Shown here in pieces: positions 9,624 to 17,981 of a DNA stretch of 64,000 nt; position 1 is the first letter of the stretch, and each line of letters starts with the position of its first letter. The notes below the pieces were generated by a model. That model ran no database searches. It saw only the letters and a program-made list of their open reading frames with translations, and was not told where the DNA came from. A program made the translations under genes and the position numbers. The DNA is from a virus (lineage: Duplodnaviria; Caudoviricetes): the IMG/VR virus record IMGVR_UViG_3300025450_001231; one strand, written 5' to 3'.

Positions 9624-12286
9624 TAAAACAATCCTCCTAAGCCAGATATTCCAGACTCAATTAAACTACTTGCAGAACTACCCACTAGGTTAAGTCCCGC
9701 AGTAATGCCTGTTTGAATTGGCTGAACAACCACTGCATTAACCACTGCACCTTCTGCTTGTGCAACAACTGTATTTTCTAAAGATTTTGCAAAGCCAGGA
9801 GAGCTAACGCCAGACGATGCACCGCCGGCAGATGCGGCAGCAGTGGCAACAGGATTATTAACTATAGAAGGACCACTGGCACTTTGTGCTTGTGCAGCTT
9901 GTGTAACTGATAAGCCTTGATTTAGATAATCGTCTATTCTGGCAGAATTGGCTGGTATAGAATCTAAGTCAGAATCGTCAAATCCAATTCTTGCTAGCTC
10001 TAATTCTTGTTCAAATTTTCCTCGGCTAAAATGATTTTGTACTAAAATAACTTTGTATACTCCGCTAAACTTGTTGGCGTAAGGATTTTTATCTGGTATA
10101 GCCAGTCCTGTTGTTTCATCGTAATCTATAGGGCTCTTGAATCTAACGTAAACATACAACTCCCCTGAATCCATTGGCATATTGCCTAGATTAGATAGTG
10201 CAGAGTCCGGCGGATTACTGTCTTGTCCGTAAAAGATATCGTCTTGCTTGATAAACTGTGGATCACCAATTATTTTTAATTTTAAGGTAATCATATCGCC
10301 TTGACCAGAAATGATAAAACTGTTTAATACATCTTGCCCGGTGTTGACGTTTTGCTGATCTGCTCCTTGTCTTTTATGAGAAGCAGCATAGCTGGCAATC
10401 AAATGTGTGCCAGCAATGGCAGGCGAATTATTTTGTTTAGGCTTTTGTTCAGCAGTGGGTGTAGGAGGTGTTCCGTCGTCTAAGGATTGTTTTAAGTTTT
10501 TTTCGCTACCAGCACCAGTTTTAGGATAGTTTGATTTAAGTCTATTGGTTGTTACTTTATTAAAGTACATAAAGTTAAAATCAATTTGCAAATCAAGTAC
10601 ATCTCTATTGCTGTTAGACTGCCCAGACGAGCTAGTACCGCCTGTAAAAATATAATTATATTCTTTGACCCATCCTTGTTGTCTGCCAGTTGGACCATTG
10701 GGATGTCTACTGTTAACAGTCCAGGGCTTAACAAAGTAAGTTACATTATAAGCGTATTGATCTAATGTTTGATCGTAGTCTATCAATTCTACTTTAGGTA
10801 TAATTTTTATCCATTTCAACGGTTGATCTTTTTGTCCTTGTTGATACGACGATGTTGGATCTAACAATTGATTTCGCAAATAATCACTGTTAGAAACTGC
10901 AAATTCTATTAGGGAATCTATACTAGTACCAGCTGGAATATTAAAATATCCCTGTTGAAAATCTATACCTGATTTACTTTTGCCCACGGCAGCGTGTGTT
11001 AAATTTACAGGAGCTCCGCCTTGCGGGTGAATTAGCGAAGATGCAATGCTAGGATCAAAAACAACACTATAAGTAGAAGCAACCTTAATCTGTTGTGCTT
11101 GCAATAATTTTTGCTGATGATTGTTCATGGCATCAATGATACCGTTGGTGCCGCCACCTAACCCATACTCGTCTGTAGTACCGCCAGCACCTGCAGCTCC
11201 GCCTGTGCCAAATAAATCACTTACTGTTTTGGCAACAACACCAAAGTTTGCAGGAGTTACTCCATACAATTCACTGAATGCCGAATGATTAAATGCAACA
11301 AAAGTCACTGCGTATTCTGCACCTTTTGTTGTAATTTTGGTTTTCATTGTTACAATTTGTATAGGTAACACTTTTTTCAAATCATCTATTGGTCCCACAA
11401 AGTCTGGGCCCGCATCTGAATCGTCATTGTTATAGCCAAAGAAATCAATTTGCAATATGTAAGGTTGTCTAAGATAGTTGGTAATGCCTTTATCCAATGA
11501 TGCTTTTACTAGTCTATCAATGAAACTAAACCCGTTAGGTTCAACTAGTGTAAAACTACCTTCTATTAGATTACTACTTCTGTTTCGAGTTGTAGTACTG
11601 ATGTAGGTGCTCATCTTAAAGTCTTCAAAGAAAAAATCTTCAGTGAAGTTGGGATCACGCAATCCTGAAGACACAGGAAATCTACCTGCACTGGCAATCA
11701 ATACATTTTGAGGAGTATACCCAGATGGATTATTGATAGTACTGTTATAGGTATTCATATCTAACAAGTGTAGACTTAACCCATAAGTGTAATCATCATA
11801 GTTATGTAGTGGATTTGCTTGCGGAGTAAAGGCCGCAGCTTGGGATGACAAACTATTGCTAGTACCAGTATTCGCGCTAGGCGAAGATGTACCCGCAGTT
11901 CCGTCTAAAGAATTAGTAGATGGTCTTACTGCAGACGATGTTTGATCGCTAGGTGATCCAGCAGTTATTGAAGTTGCACCTCCCAGTGTGTTGGCTGGCC
12001 CAGAATGCGGTACTGGAGAATTTTGCCAATCTGCTAGTGCATTACCTGGCGCAATAGAATTTTGCCAAGCAGTATAAGCCATATCCAATTGTTTCTGCTG
12101 ATCAGCAGCTGCTGAAATTGCAGCAGAAGGCGTTGCAGGTATTGCAGTTGAAGTAGCATTGGTTGACGGTAATACCGGAACTGGCTGATTTGGTGTAGGT
12201 GTTTGAGAATTAAATAACCCGTTGAAGAAATTACTTACTGATGCGCCTTGTTGTTGAGCTGCAGCTTGGCCAAGTTGTGATGCCAT
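9623..12286 (-). CDS. baseplate hub / tail-associated protein (887 aa)
   Basis: Long ORF translationally coupled to gp5 (TAATG). NPLHNYDDYTYGLSL and LKIIGDPQFIKQD...FSGVYKVILVQNHFSRGKFEQELEL resemble contractile-tail hub proteins. Confidence 0.65.
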   Translation of the reverse strand: MASQLGQAAAQQQGASVSNFFNGLFNSQTPTPNQPVPVLPSTNATSTAIPATPSAAISAAADQQKQLDMAYTAWQNSIAPGNALADWQNSPVPHSGPANTLGGATSITAGSPSDQTSSAVRPSTNSLDGTAGTSSPSANTGTSNSLSSQAAAFTPQANPLHNYDDYTYGLSLHLLDMNTYNSTINNPSGYTPQNVLIASAGRFPVSSGLRDPNFTEDFFFEDFKMSTYISTTTRNRSSNLIEGSFTLVEPNGFSFIDRLVKASLDKGITNYLRQPYILQIDFFGYNNDDSDAGPDFVGPIDDLKKVLPIQIVTMKTKITTKGAEYAVTFVAFNHSAFSELYGVTPANFGVVAKTVSDLFGTGGAAGAGGTTDEYGLGGGTNGIIDAMNNHQQKLLQAQQIKVASTYSVVFDPSIASSLIHPQGGAPVNLTHAAVGKSKSGIDFQQGYFNIPAGTSIDSLIEFAVSNSDYLRNQLLDPTSSYQQGQKDQPLKWIKIIPKVELIDYDQTLDQYAYNVTYFVKPWTVNSRHPNGPTGRQQGWVKEYNYIFTGGTSSSGQSNSNRDVLDLQIDFNFMYFNKVTTNRLKSNYPKTGAGSEKNLKQSLDDGTPPTPTAEQKPKQNNSPAIAGTHLIASYAASHKRQGADQQNVNTGQDVLNSFIISGQGDMITLKLKIIGDPQFIKQDDIFYGQDSNPPDSALSNLGNMPMDSGELYVYVRFKSPIDYDETTGLAIPDKNPYANKFSGVYKVILVQNHFSRGKFEQELELARIGFDDSDLDSIPANSARIDDYLNQGLSVTQAAQAQSASGPSIVNNPVATAAASAGGASSGVSSPGFAKSLENTVVAQAEGAVVNAVVVQPIQTGITAGLNLVGSSASSLIESGISGLGGLF

Positions 12287-12289
12287 TGA

Positions 12290-12589
12290 TTATCCTAACA
12301 CCGCAGTAATAGTATTTTTATTAGGTATGAAAATTTGTAACCCTGGAGTCATATCTTTAACAGGATCTTCAATTCTGTCGGGGTTACGTGCTGCAAATAC
12401 CCACCAAAGGTTAGCATCGCCGTATAGGTCATAGGCCAATAGGTCTGGTCGATTTTGATAAATTAAATTTATTGTAAACAGTACATCGTCATATTTTGCT
12501 GGTATAACTGGTATATTGACCACGTCCATGAAATTACCAAAATATTTTGCACCGTAGTAAGGGCTATGTCTACTGTATGTTGCTGACAT
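12290..12589 (-). CDS. LysM-like baseplate wedge protein (gp53-like, 99 aa)
   Basis: YQNRPDLLAYDLYGDANLWWVFAARNP...PGLQIFIP motif. Confidence 0.8.
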   Translation of the reverse strand: MSATYSRHSPYYGAKYFGNFMDVVNIPVIPAKYDDVLFTINLIYQNRPDLLAYDLYGDANLWWVFAARNPDRIEDPVKDMTPGLQIFIPNKNTITAVLG

Positions 12590-13401
12590 TATAGGAATCC
12601 TCCAGATGAACCGCCGCTAGGCTGTCTTAGTGTTCCGGCACCATAATCAACTAATCCAAAATTATTGGCAATATTATTTCTGCTGTAAACAGGTTGCAGA
12701 GTTACCTGTAGTTGACTTAGTGTTGGCAATCTAACCGGAGCACCTACTGCATTAGTACCAGCAGGAATTTCCATATAGTCAACATCTGATGGTAACGTAT
12801 GGCTAAAATTAGTTACTACACAAGGAACGTTTGGAAAATATTCGCTACCGTATCCGTTCAAGAATACCATTGGGGGAGGAGTTCCTGCTAACACATCTTT
12901 TCCGTAGAACATTTTTGTAGACACTCGAAAAAACTGTATTGCTGCCATTAAATATGTGCCTTCTTCTACATTTTGTACTGTAAAGTCTCCGGTTATACTA
13001 ATTGCTCCAATTTCACTACCTTCGTAAAAGTAACTGGCGTAGTTACTGTGTGTTAATGTATTGGTTCCATACCTTGCAGTATGCGAAACAGTAATTTGTG
13101 GTGTATAAGGAAATATTACTCCATTTGTTATCGACAATGGACTCATCAGTGAATTGGGAGTATTATAGAATAAATCGGCTACTGTCTGTTGAAAACTAAG
13201 TCTGATACGCCAATCCTGTGTAGTATCCACTACTCCACCACCAGCATTTACGTATGTAGGAGGAGCAACTACTGATCCAGATAATGGCTGATAGGGGTTC
13301 GAGCCCCCGGGTACCAGCCCAGATGCCGCAAGTCGTGTACTCGTAGGAGTATACGGTTGTCCGTTTGGATATATTGCCTGGGTTGGGATCGGATCTGCCA
13401 T
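12589..13401 (-). CDS. tail tube initiator / baseplate protein (gp48/gp54-like, 270 aa)
   Basis: GVIFPYTPQI...THSNY...ISITGDFTVQN...GTPPPMVFLNGYG...VPCVVTNFSHTLPSDVDY pattern. Confidence 0.65.
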   Translation of the reverse strand: MADPIPTQAIYPNGQPYTPTSTRLAASGLVPGGSNPYQPLSGSVVAPPTYVNAGGGVVDTTQDWRIRLSFQQTVADLFYNTPNSLMSPLSITNGVIFPYTPQITVSHTARYGTNTLTHSNYASYFYEGSEIGAISITGDFTVQNVEEGTYLMAAIQFFRVSTKMFYGKDVLAGTPPPMVFLNGYGSEYFPNVPCVVTNFSHTLPSDVDYMEIPAGTNAVGAPVRLPTLSQLQVTLQPVYSRNNIANNFGLVDYGAGTLRQPSGGSSGGFL

Positions 13402-13419
13402 TTTTATTGTGCCTTGTGT

Positions 13420-13429
13420 TAAATATTTA
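13420..13429. promoter_or_regulatory. palindromic TAAATATTTA carrying a late-promoter motif on both strands
   Basis: Perfect 10-bp palindrome in the divergent gap between the baseplate cluster and the sigma gene. Confidence 0.5.
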
Positions 13430-13462
13430 TGGCAAATAAAATCTGGGCATATTATAAAAAGG

Positions 13463-13492
13463 TTGACAACACGTAGTAAAAAGTGTTAATAT
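13463..13492 (+). promoter_or_regulatory. sigma70-type early promoter for the late sigma gene
   Basis: TTGACA (13463-13468), 18-nt spacer, TG-n-TAATAT extended -10 (13484-13492). Confidence 0.75.
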
Positions 13493-13516
13493 ATATCTAT
13501 AGCCAGGAGAACTAAA

Positions 13517-14389
13517 ATTAAGTTTAATTACCTTAACAACAAAGACATTCTTAAAGAGATACACAAAAGTAAAACCACATACTGTTCATACATTGGGCCA
13601 GAATGTGCAGACTACGATATCATTCTAGATAATGTTAAAAAAATTAACAAGAAAAACACGTTAGAAGCTAGAAAACTAAGAGCTGAGCGTTTGGCCAAAG
13701 CTGCTTATGATGCAGCAGTATTAGCCACTGGTGAAAAGCAAAAGATGGATCAGTTTGAAATCAAATACACAAAGATTCCTGCTACTGATGTGGTGTTTAG
13801 AGTTATGACTTGGGAACACGTACCAATTGACGATGTTAAAACTCGTAGAGCAAAAGATGTTGCCAAAGGCTTATTCGAAGATGAAGACGAAGTTACCCAT
13901 ACCGAATACGACGAAGAAGACCCAAAACACAACAAATATATCAAAGTAAATTTTCCACCGTTTTATCATTATCGAGTAGACGAAGAAGGTAACCCAGTAC
14001 TAGTGGGCAAAAGCCATTGGAAAGGTGATTTGGAAACTGGAGAGTTCAGCAAGGATCACGGCGCAATGACCAATAAATTGGCTCATATGTTTATGAAACT
14101 GTGTGAGCGTTATGCTACTCGTAGTAATTGGCGTGGTTATACATATAATGACGAAATGCGCAGCCAAGCACTATTGCAACTGAGCCAAATTGGACTACAG
14201 TTTGATGAGTCCAAAAGTCAAAATCCATTTGCTTACTATACTGCGGCCATTACCAATAGTTTTACCCGTGTGCTTAATGTAGAGAAACGCAATCAAAACA
14301 TTCGAGACGATATTTTAGAAATGAACAACTTAAACCCCAGTTATACTCGACAAGGTATGAGTGGCGGTAGTAGTTCATACGAAGAATAA
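13517..14389 (+). CDS. gp55: late-transcription sigma factor, T4 gp55-like (290 aa from a proposed ATT start; the ORF track starts it at TTG 13691)
   Basis: NWRGYTYNDEMRSQAL...FDESKSQNPFAYYTAAITNSFTRVLNVEKRNQ is the gp55 core. The frame is open back to TAA 13487-13489; AGGAGA (13505-13510) lies 6 nt before ATT 13517, giving KFNYLNNKDILKEIHKSK. Confidence 0.85.
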   Translation: MKFNYLNNKDILKEIHKSKTTYCSYIGPECADYDIILDNVKKINKKNTLEARKLRAERLAKAAYDAAVLATGEKQKMDQFEIKYTKIPATDVVFRVMTWEHVPIDDVKTRRAKDVAKGLFEDEDEVTHTEYDEEDPKHNKYIKVNFPPFYHYRVDEEGNPVLVGKSHWKGDLETGEFSKDHGAMTNKLAHMFMKLCERYATRSNWRGYTYNDEMRSQALLQLSQIGLQFDESKSQNPFAYYTAAITNSFTRVLNVEKRNQNIRDDILEMNNLNPSYTRQGMSGGSSSYEE

Positions 14390-14462
14390 ACAGACACTCG
14401 AAAAGATTGATCTTTTGTTTACAATAGTGTAAACTGTATAGTCACGCACAATAAAGGATACG

Positions 14463-15479
14463 ATGAGTAATTTATTTAAGAAAGCTGCACTATTCACTGA
14501 TATACACTTTGGACTAAAGTCCAATAGTCTATTACACAACGAAGACTGTTTGAATTTTGTCAAATGGGCTACAACCAAAGCCAAAGAAGAAGGCTGTGAA
14601 ACTGCAATGTTCTTGGGAGATTGGCACAATAATCGTGCCAATATCAATATTTTAACGTTGACCTACAGTTTAGAAGCGTTGGAGCACTTAAATGATAATT
14701 TTGATCGTGTTTATTTCATTCCTGGCAACCATGATCTGTACTATCGCGACAAAAGAGATGTTCAAAGTGTTGCGTGGGCAAAGCATCTCCCAAATGTACA
14801 AATATGCAATGATTGGTTCAGCGATGGTAATGTGGTCATTTCCCCTTGGTTGGTGGCTGATGATTATAAAAGAATTCCTAAACTAAAAGGAAAATATATG
14901 TTTGGGCATTTTGAATTGCCCAACTTTTATATGAATGCCATGATACAGATGCCAGATCATGGTGAAGTTAAAAGCGAACACTTTGACCAGTTTGAACACG
15001 TGTTCACCGGACATTTTCATAAACGACAAACATCAAAAAATATTACCTACATTGGTAATTGCTTTCCGCACAATTATGCAGACTCTGGAGATGATGACCG
15101 AGGACTAACTGTATTGGAGTGGGGCAAAGATCCTGTGCACTATGCGTGGCCGGATCAGCCCACATATCGAGTTATGGGACTCAGTACCATATTGAATCAC
15201 GCAGATGCAGTACTAAAACCCGGAATGCACGTTAGAGTAAATCTTGATATTGATATCAGTTACGAAGAAGCCAACTTTATCAAAGAAACTTATTTAGGCA
15301 GTCATAATCTGAGAGAGATTACACTGATCAGTCAGCGTAGTACCGATTTAGATGAATATGCTATACAAGGTAACGTAAACTTTGAAAGTGTAGACCAAAT
15401 TGTAACCAATCAATTAACGGCTATCTCCAGTGAACATTACGACAACAATCTCTTGCTCGACATCTATAGAAACCTGTAA
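14463..15479 (+). CDS. gp47: recombination endonuclease subunit, Mre11/SbcD-like (338 aa)
   Basis: Metallophosphoesterase motifs FTDIHFG, FLGDWH, PGNHD, GHFE, TGHFHKRQ. Confidence 0.95.
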   Translation: MSNLFKKAALFTDIHFGLKSNSLLHNEDCLNFVKWATTKAKEEGCETAMFLGDWHNNRANINILTLTYSLEALEHLNDNFDRVYFIPGNHDLYYRDKRDVQSVAWAKHLPNVQICNDWFSDGNVVISPWLVADDYKRIPKLKGKYMFGHFELPNFYMNAMIQMPDHGEVKSEHFDQFEHVFTGHFHKRQTSKNITYIGNCFPHNYADSGDDDRGLTVLEWGKDPVHYAWPDQPTYRVMGLSTILNHADAVLKPGMHVRVNLDIDISYEEANFIKETYLGSHNLREITLISQRSTDLDEYAIQGNVNFESVDQIVTNQLTAISSEHYDNNLLLDIYRNL

Positions 15480-15487
15480 AATAACTA

Positions 15488-17260
15488 ATGCTTAAAATTC
15501 GCAGTTTATCAGTTCGCAACTTTATGAGTGTAGGTAATGCTACACAGGCCATTAACTTTGACAGAGAAGATTTAACTCTTGTATTGGGAGAGAATCTTGA
15601 TCTCGGAGGAGACGACAGTGGTGCACGTAATGGTACAGGTAAAACCACTATCATTAACGCACTGAGCTATGCACTCTTTGGCCAAGCGTTAACCAACATT
15701 AAAAAAGATAACTTAATCAACAAGACCAATACCAAAGGTATGTTGGTAACCATTGACTTTGAATGTAATGGACAGAGCTATCGCATTGAGCGTGGTAGAA
15801 AACCCAATGTACTGAAGTTTTATGTTAACGATGCTGAACAGGAAAGCAAAGACGACAACAGTCAAGGTGATTCAAGAGAAACACAACAAGAAATTGAACG
15901 ATTGCTTGCTATGAGTCACGATATGTTCAAACATATCTTGGCTTTGAATACTTACACTGAACCATTTTTGAGCTTGAAAGCCAACGATCAACGTGCTATT
16001 ATCGAACAATTGTTGGGTATTACACTACTAAGTGAGCGTGCAGAAGTATTAAAAGAACAAAATAAAACAACAAAAGACGCTATCCAGCAAGAAGAATACC
16101 GTCTTAAGGCGGTAAATGACGCTAACAATCGTATTAAAGAACAAATAGATGCATTGGTTCGCAGACAAACGTTGTGGCAAAAGAAAAAAGCCGACGATTT
16201 ATCTTCTTTACAAGTGGCTTATGACGAGCTGGCAAAATTAGACATCGAAGCAGAGATAACTGCACATCAGGCCTTAAATGCTTATAACACAAAACGCAAA
16301 GCCATTACCGAACTAACCAATTGGATAAAACGGTGTGAGCTGGATGAAAAACGTGAAAACAAAATTATCGATCAACTGCGAGCTGATATTGCTGCCTTAG
16401 AAGATCACAAGTGTCACGCCTGTGGACAAGACTTACACGACGACAGCCACGAAAAGATGTTGGAATCTAAACGTAGTGCTTTACAAGAAGCTGCGCTACA
16501 AGCATTGGCTACCAACACACAATGGATGGAGCATACTCAAGCACTGGCAGACCTGGGTGAGTTAGGTGCACAACCTAAAGTTTATTACAACACCGAAGCA
16601 GATGCTTTTGAACATCGTAGTAGTATGTCTACATTATTAAGTCAGATTGTAAGTAAAGAAAGCGAAGCTGACCCTTTTGCAGAACAAATTGACGATATGA
16701 AAACACAGGCTCTGCAAGAAGTCAGCTACGATTTAATGAATACTTTAACAAAAATTCGAGAACATCAAGAGTTTTTGTTGAAGTTGTTGACAAACAAAGA
16801 CAGTTTTATACGTAAAAAGATCATTGATCAGAATCTCAATTACTTGAATGCACGCCTAAGTCAGTACTTAGACCGTATTGGATTACCACATACCGTTAAA
16901 TTCCAAAACGATTTAACTGTTAGCATTGAAGAATTAGGTAGAGAGCTAGACTTTGACAATCTCAGTAGAGGCGAACGCAATAGGCTTATTTTAAGTTTGA
17001 GCTGGGCCTTTAGAGATGTTTGGGAAGGTCTATATCAACCTATTAACTTGTTGTTTATCGACGAGTTGATTGATAGTGGATTGGACAGTTCGGGCGTTGA
17101 AAACAGTTTAGCAATACTTAAAAAGATGAGCCGAGAGGCCAACAAGAGTGTTTGGTTAGTAAGTCACAAAGACGAACTGATCAGCAGGGTTAACAATATA
17201 CTAAAAGTAGTAAAAAGCAACGGATTTACAGAGTACGACAGTACAGTAGAAATAACATAA
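15488..17260 (+). CDS. gp46: recombination ATPase subunit, Rad50/SbcC-like (590 aa)
   Basis: Walker A NGTGKTT, coiled coil, zinc hook CHAC, signature LSRGE, Walker B LFIDE, SH loop. Confidence 0.95.
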   Translation: MLKIRSLSVRNFMSVGNATQAINFDREDLTLVLGENLDLGGDDSGARNGTGKTTIINALSYALFGQALTNIKKDNLINKTNTKGMLVTIDFECNGQSYRIERGRKPNVLKFYVNDAEQESKDDNSQGDSRETQQEIERLLAMSHDMFKHILALNTYTEPFLSLKANDQRAIIEQLLGITLLSERAEVLKEQNKTTKDAIQQEEYRLKAVNDANNRIKEQIDALVRRQTLWQKKKADDLSSLQVAYDELAKLDIEAEITAHQALNAYNTKRKAITELTNWIKRCELDEKRENKIIDQLRADIAALEDHKCHACGQDLHDDSHEKMLESKRSALQEAALQALATNTQWMEHTQALADLGELGAQPKVYYNTEADAFEHRSSMSTLLSQIVSKESEADPFAEQIDDMKTQALQEVSYDLMNTLTKIREHQEFLLKLLTNKDSFIRKKIIDQNLNYLNARLSQYLDRIGLPHTVKFQNDLTVSIEELGRELDFDNLSRGERNRLILSLSWAFRDVWEGLYQPINLLFIDELIDSGLDSSGVENSLAILKKMSREANKSVWLVSHKDELISRVNNILKVVKSNGFTEYDSTVEIT

Positions 17261-17312
17261 TTTTTTATCATGGCTCACACAGGCATAACTATATTACATA
17301 TGGAGTTGTCGA

Positions 17313-17747
17313 GTGACGTGGTACTTTCAAAACAATATAATCGAGGAATTGCCTGAAGATTGTATAGGTTTTGTGTATCTTATCACTAACAACGTTTCCA
17401 ATAGGAAATACATAGGTAAGAAATTAGCCAAATTCTCAAAAACAACATACAAAACAGTAAAACTTAAAAACGGCACAAAAAAGAAAAAGAAAATCCGCTC
17501 AAAGGTCAACAGTGACTGGCGGGAATATTATGGCTCAAACGACGAATTAAACAAGGATGTGGCTGAACTAGGGGCTGAAAATTTTACAAGGGAAATACTA
17601 TACCTTTGTAAGAGTAAAGCAGAGTGCAGCTATATCGAAGCAAGAGAGCAATTTAGACACCAAGTCTTAGAATCAGCAGATTATTATAACGGACAAATCT
17701 CGGTCCGTGTTCATGGCTCCCACATCAAAAACAAGTTAAATGGTTAA
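17313..17747 (+). CDS. stand-alone GIY-YIG family endonuclease (144 aa)
   Basis: GFVYLITNNVSNRKYIGKK (GIY-YIG hairpin), conserved E in SYIEAREQF and N in YYNG. No appended DNA-binding module. GTG start. Confidence 0.85.
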   Translation: MTWYFQNNIIEELPEDCIGFVYLITNNVSNRKYIGKKLAKFSKTTYKTVKLKNGTKKKKKIRSKVNSDWREYYGSNDELNKDVAELGAENFTREILYLCKSKAECSYIEAREQFRHQVLESADYYNGQISVRVHGSHIKNKLNG

Positions 17748-17759
17748 CAGGATTTTATT

Positions 17760-17981
17760 ATGGTCAGTAAAAAGAATGAGTATGCTTTTACCAAAATGCC
17801 TTGGGGAAAGTACAAAGGTTGTTTCCTAAGTGAGTTACCGGATGATTATATAATCTGGGCAGCAAACAATTGGAGTGATCGTGGTACAAGAACCATGTTT
17901 TTAGTTGAATTAGAACGCAGAAAAGCATCTAGTAAACCAAAAGCAAAACCAAAAGATACAGTAAACAATTCAGGCAGTTAA
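17760..17981 (+). CDS. small protein with an MPWGKYKG motif (DUF3820 / exonuclease-X C-terminal-like, 73 aa)
   Basis: KMPWGKYKGCFLSELPDDYIIW matches the MPFGKYKG..l.dlP..YL.W pattern; AGGA precedes the ATG. Confidence 0.65.
   Translation: MVSKKNEYAFTKMPWGKYKGCFLSELPDDYIIWAANNWSDRGTRTMFLVELERRKASSKPKAKPKDTVNNSGS

Noticed and set aside
17313-17747. Mobile homing endonuclease / mobile element call
   Set aside because: No intron or intein context, no DNA-binding extension and no flanking duplication; kept as a stand-alone nuclease.
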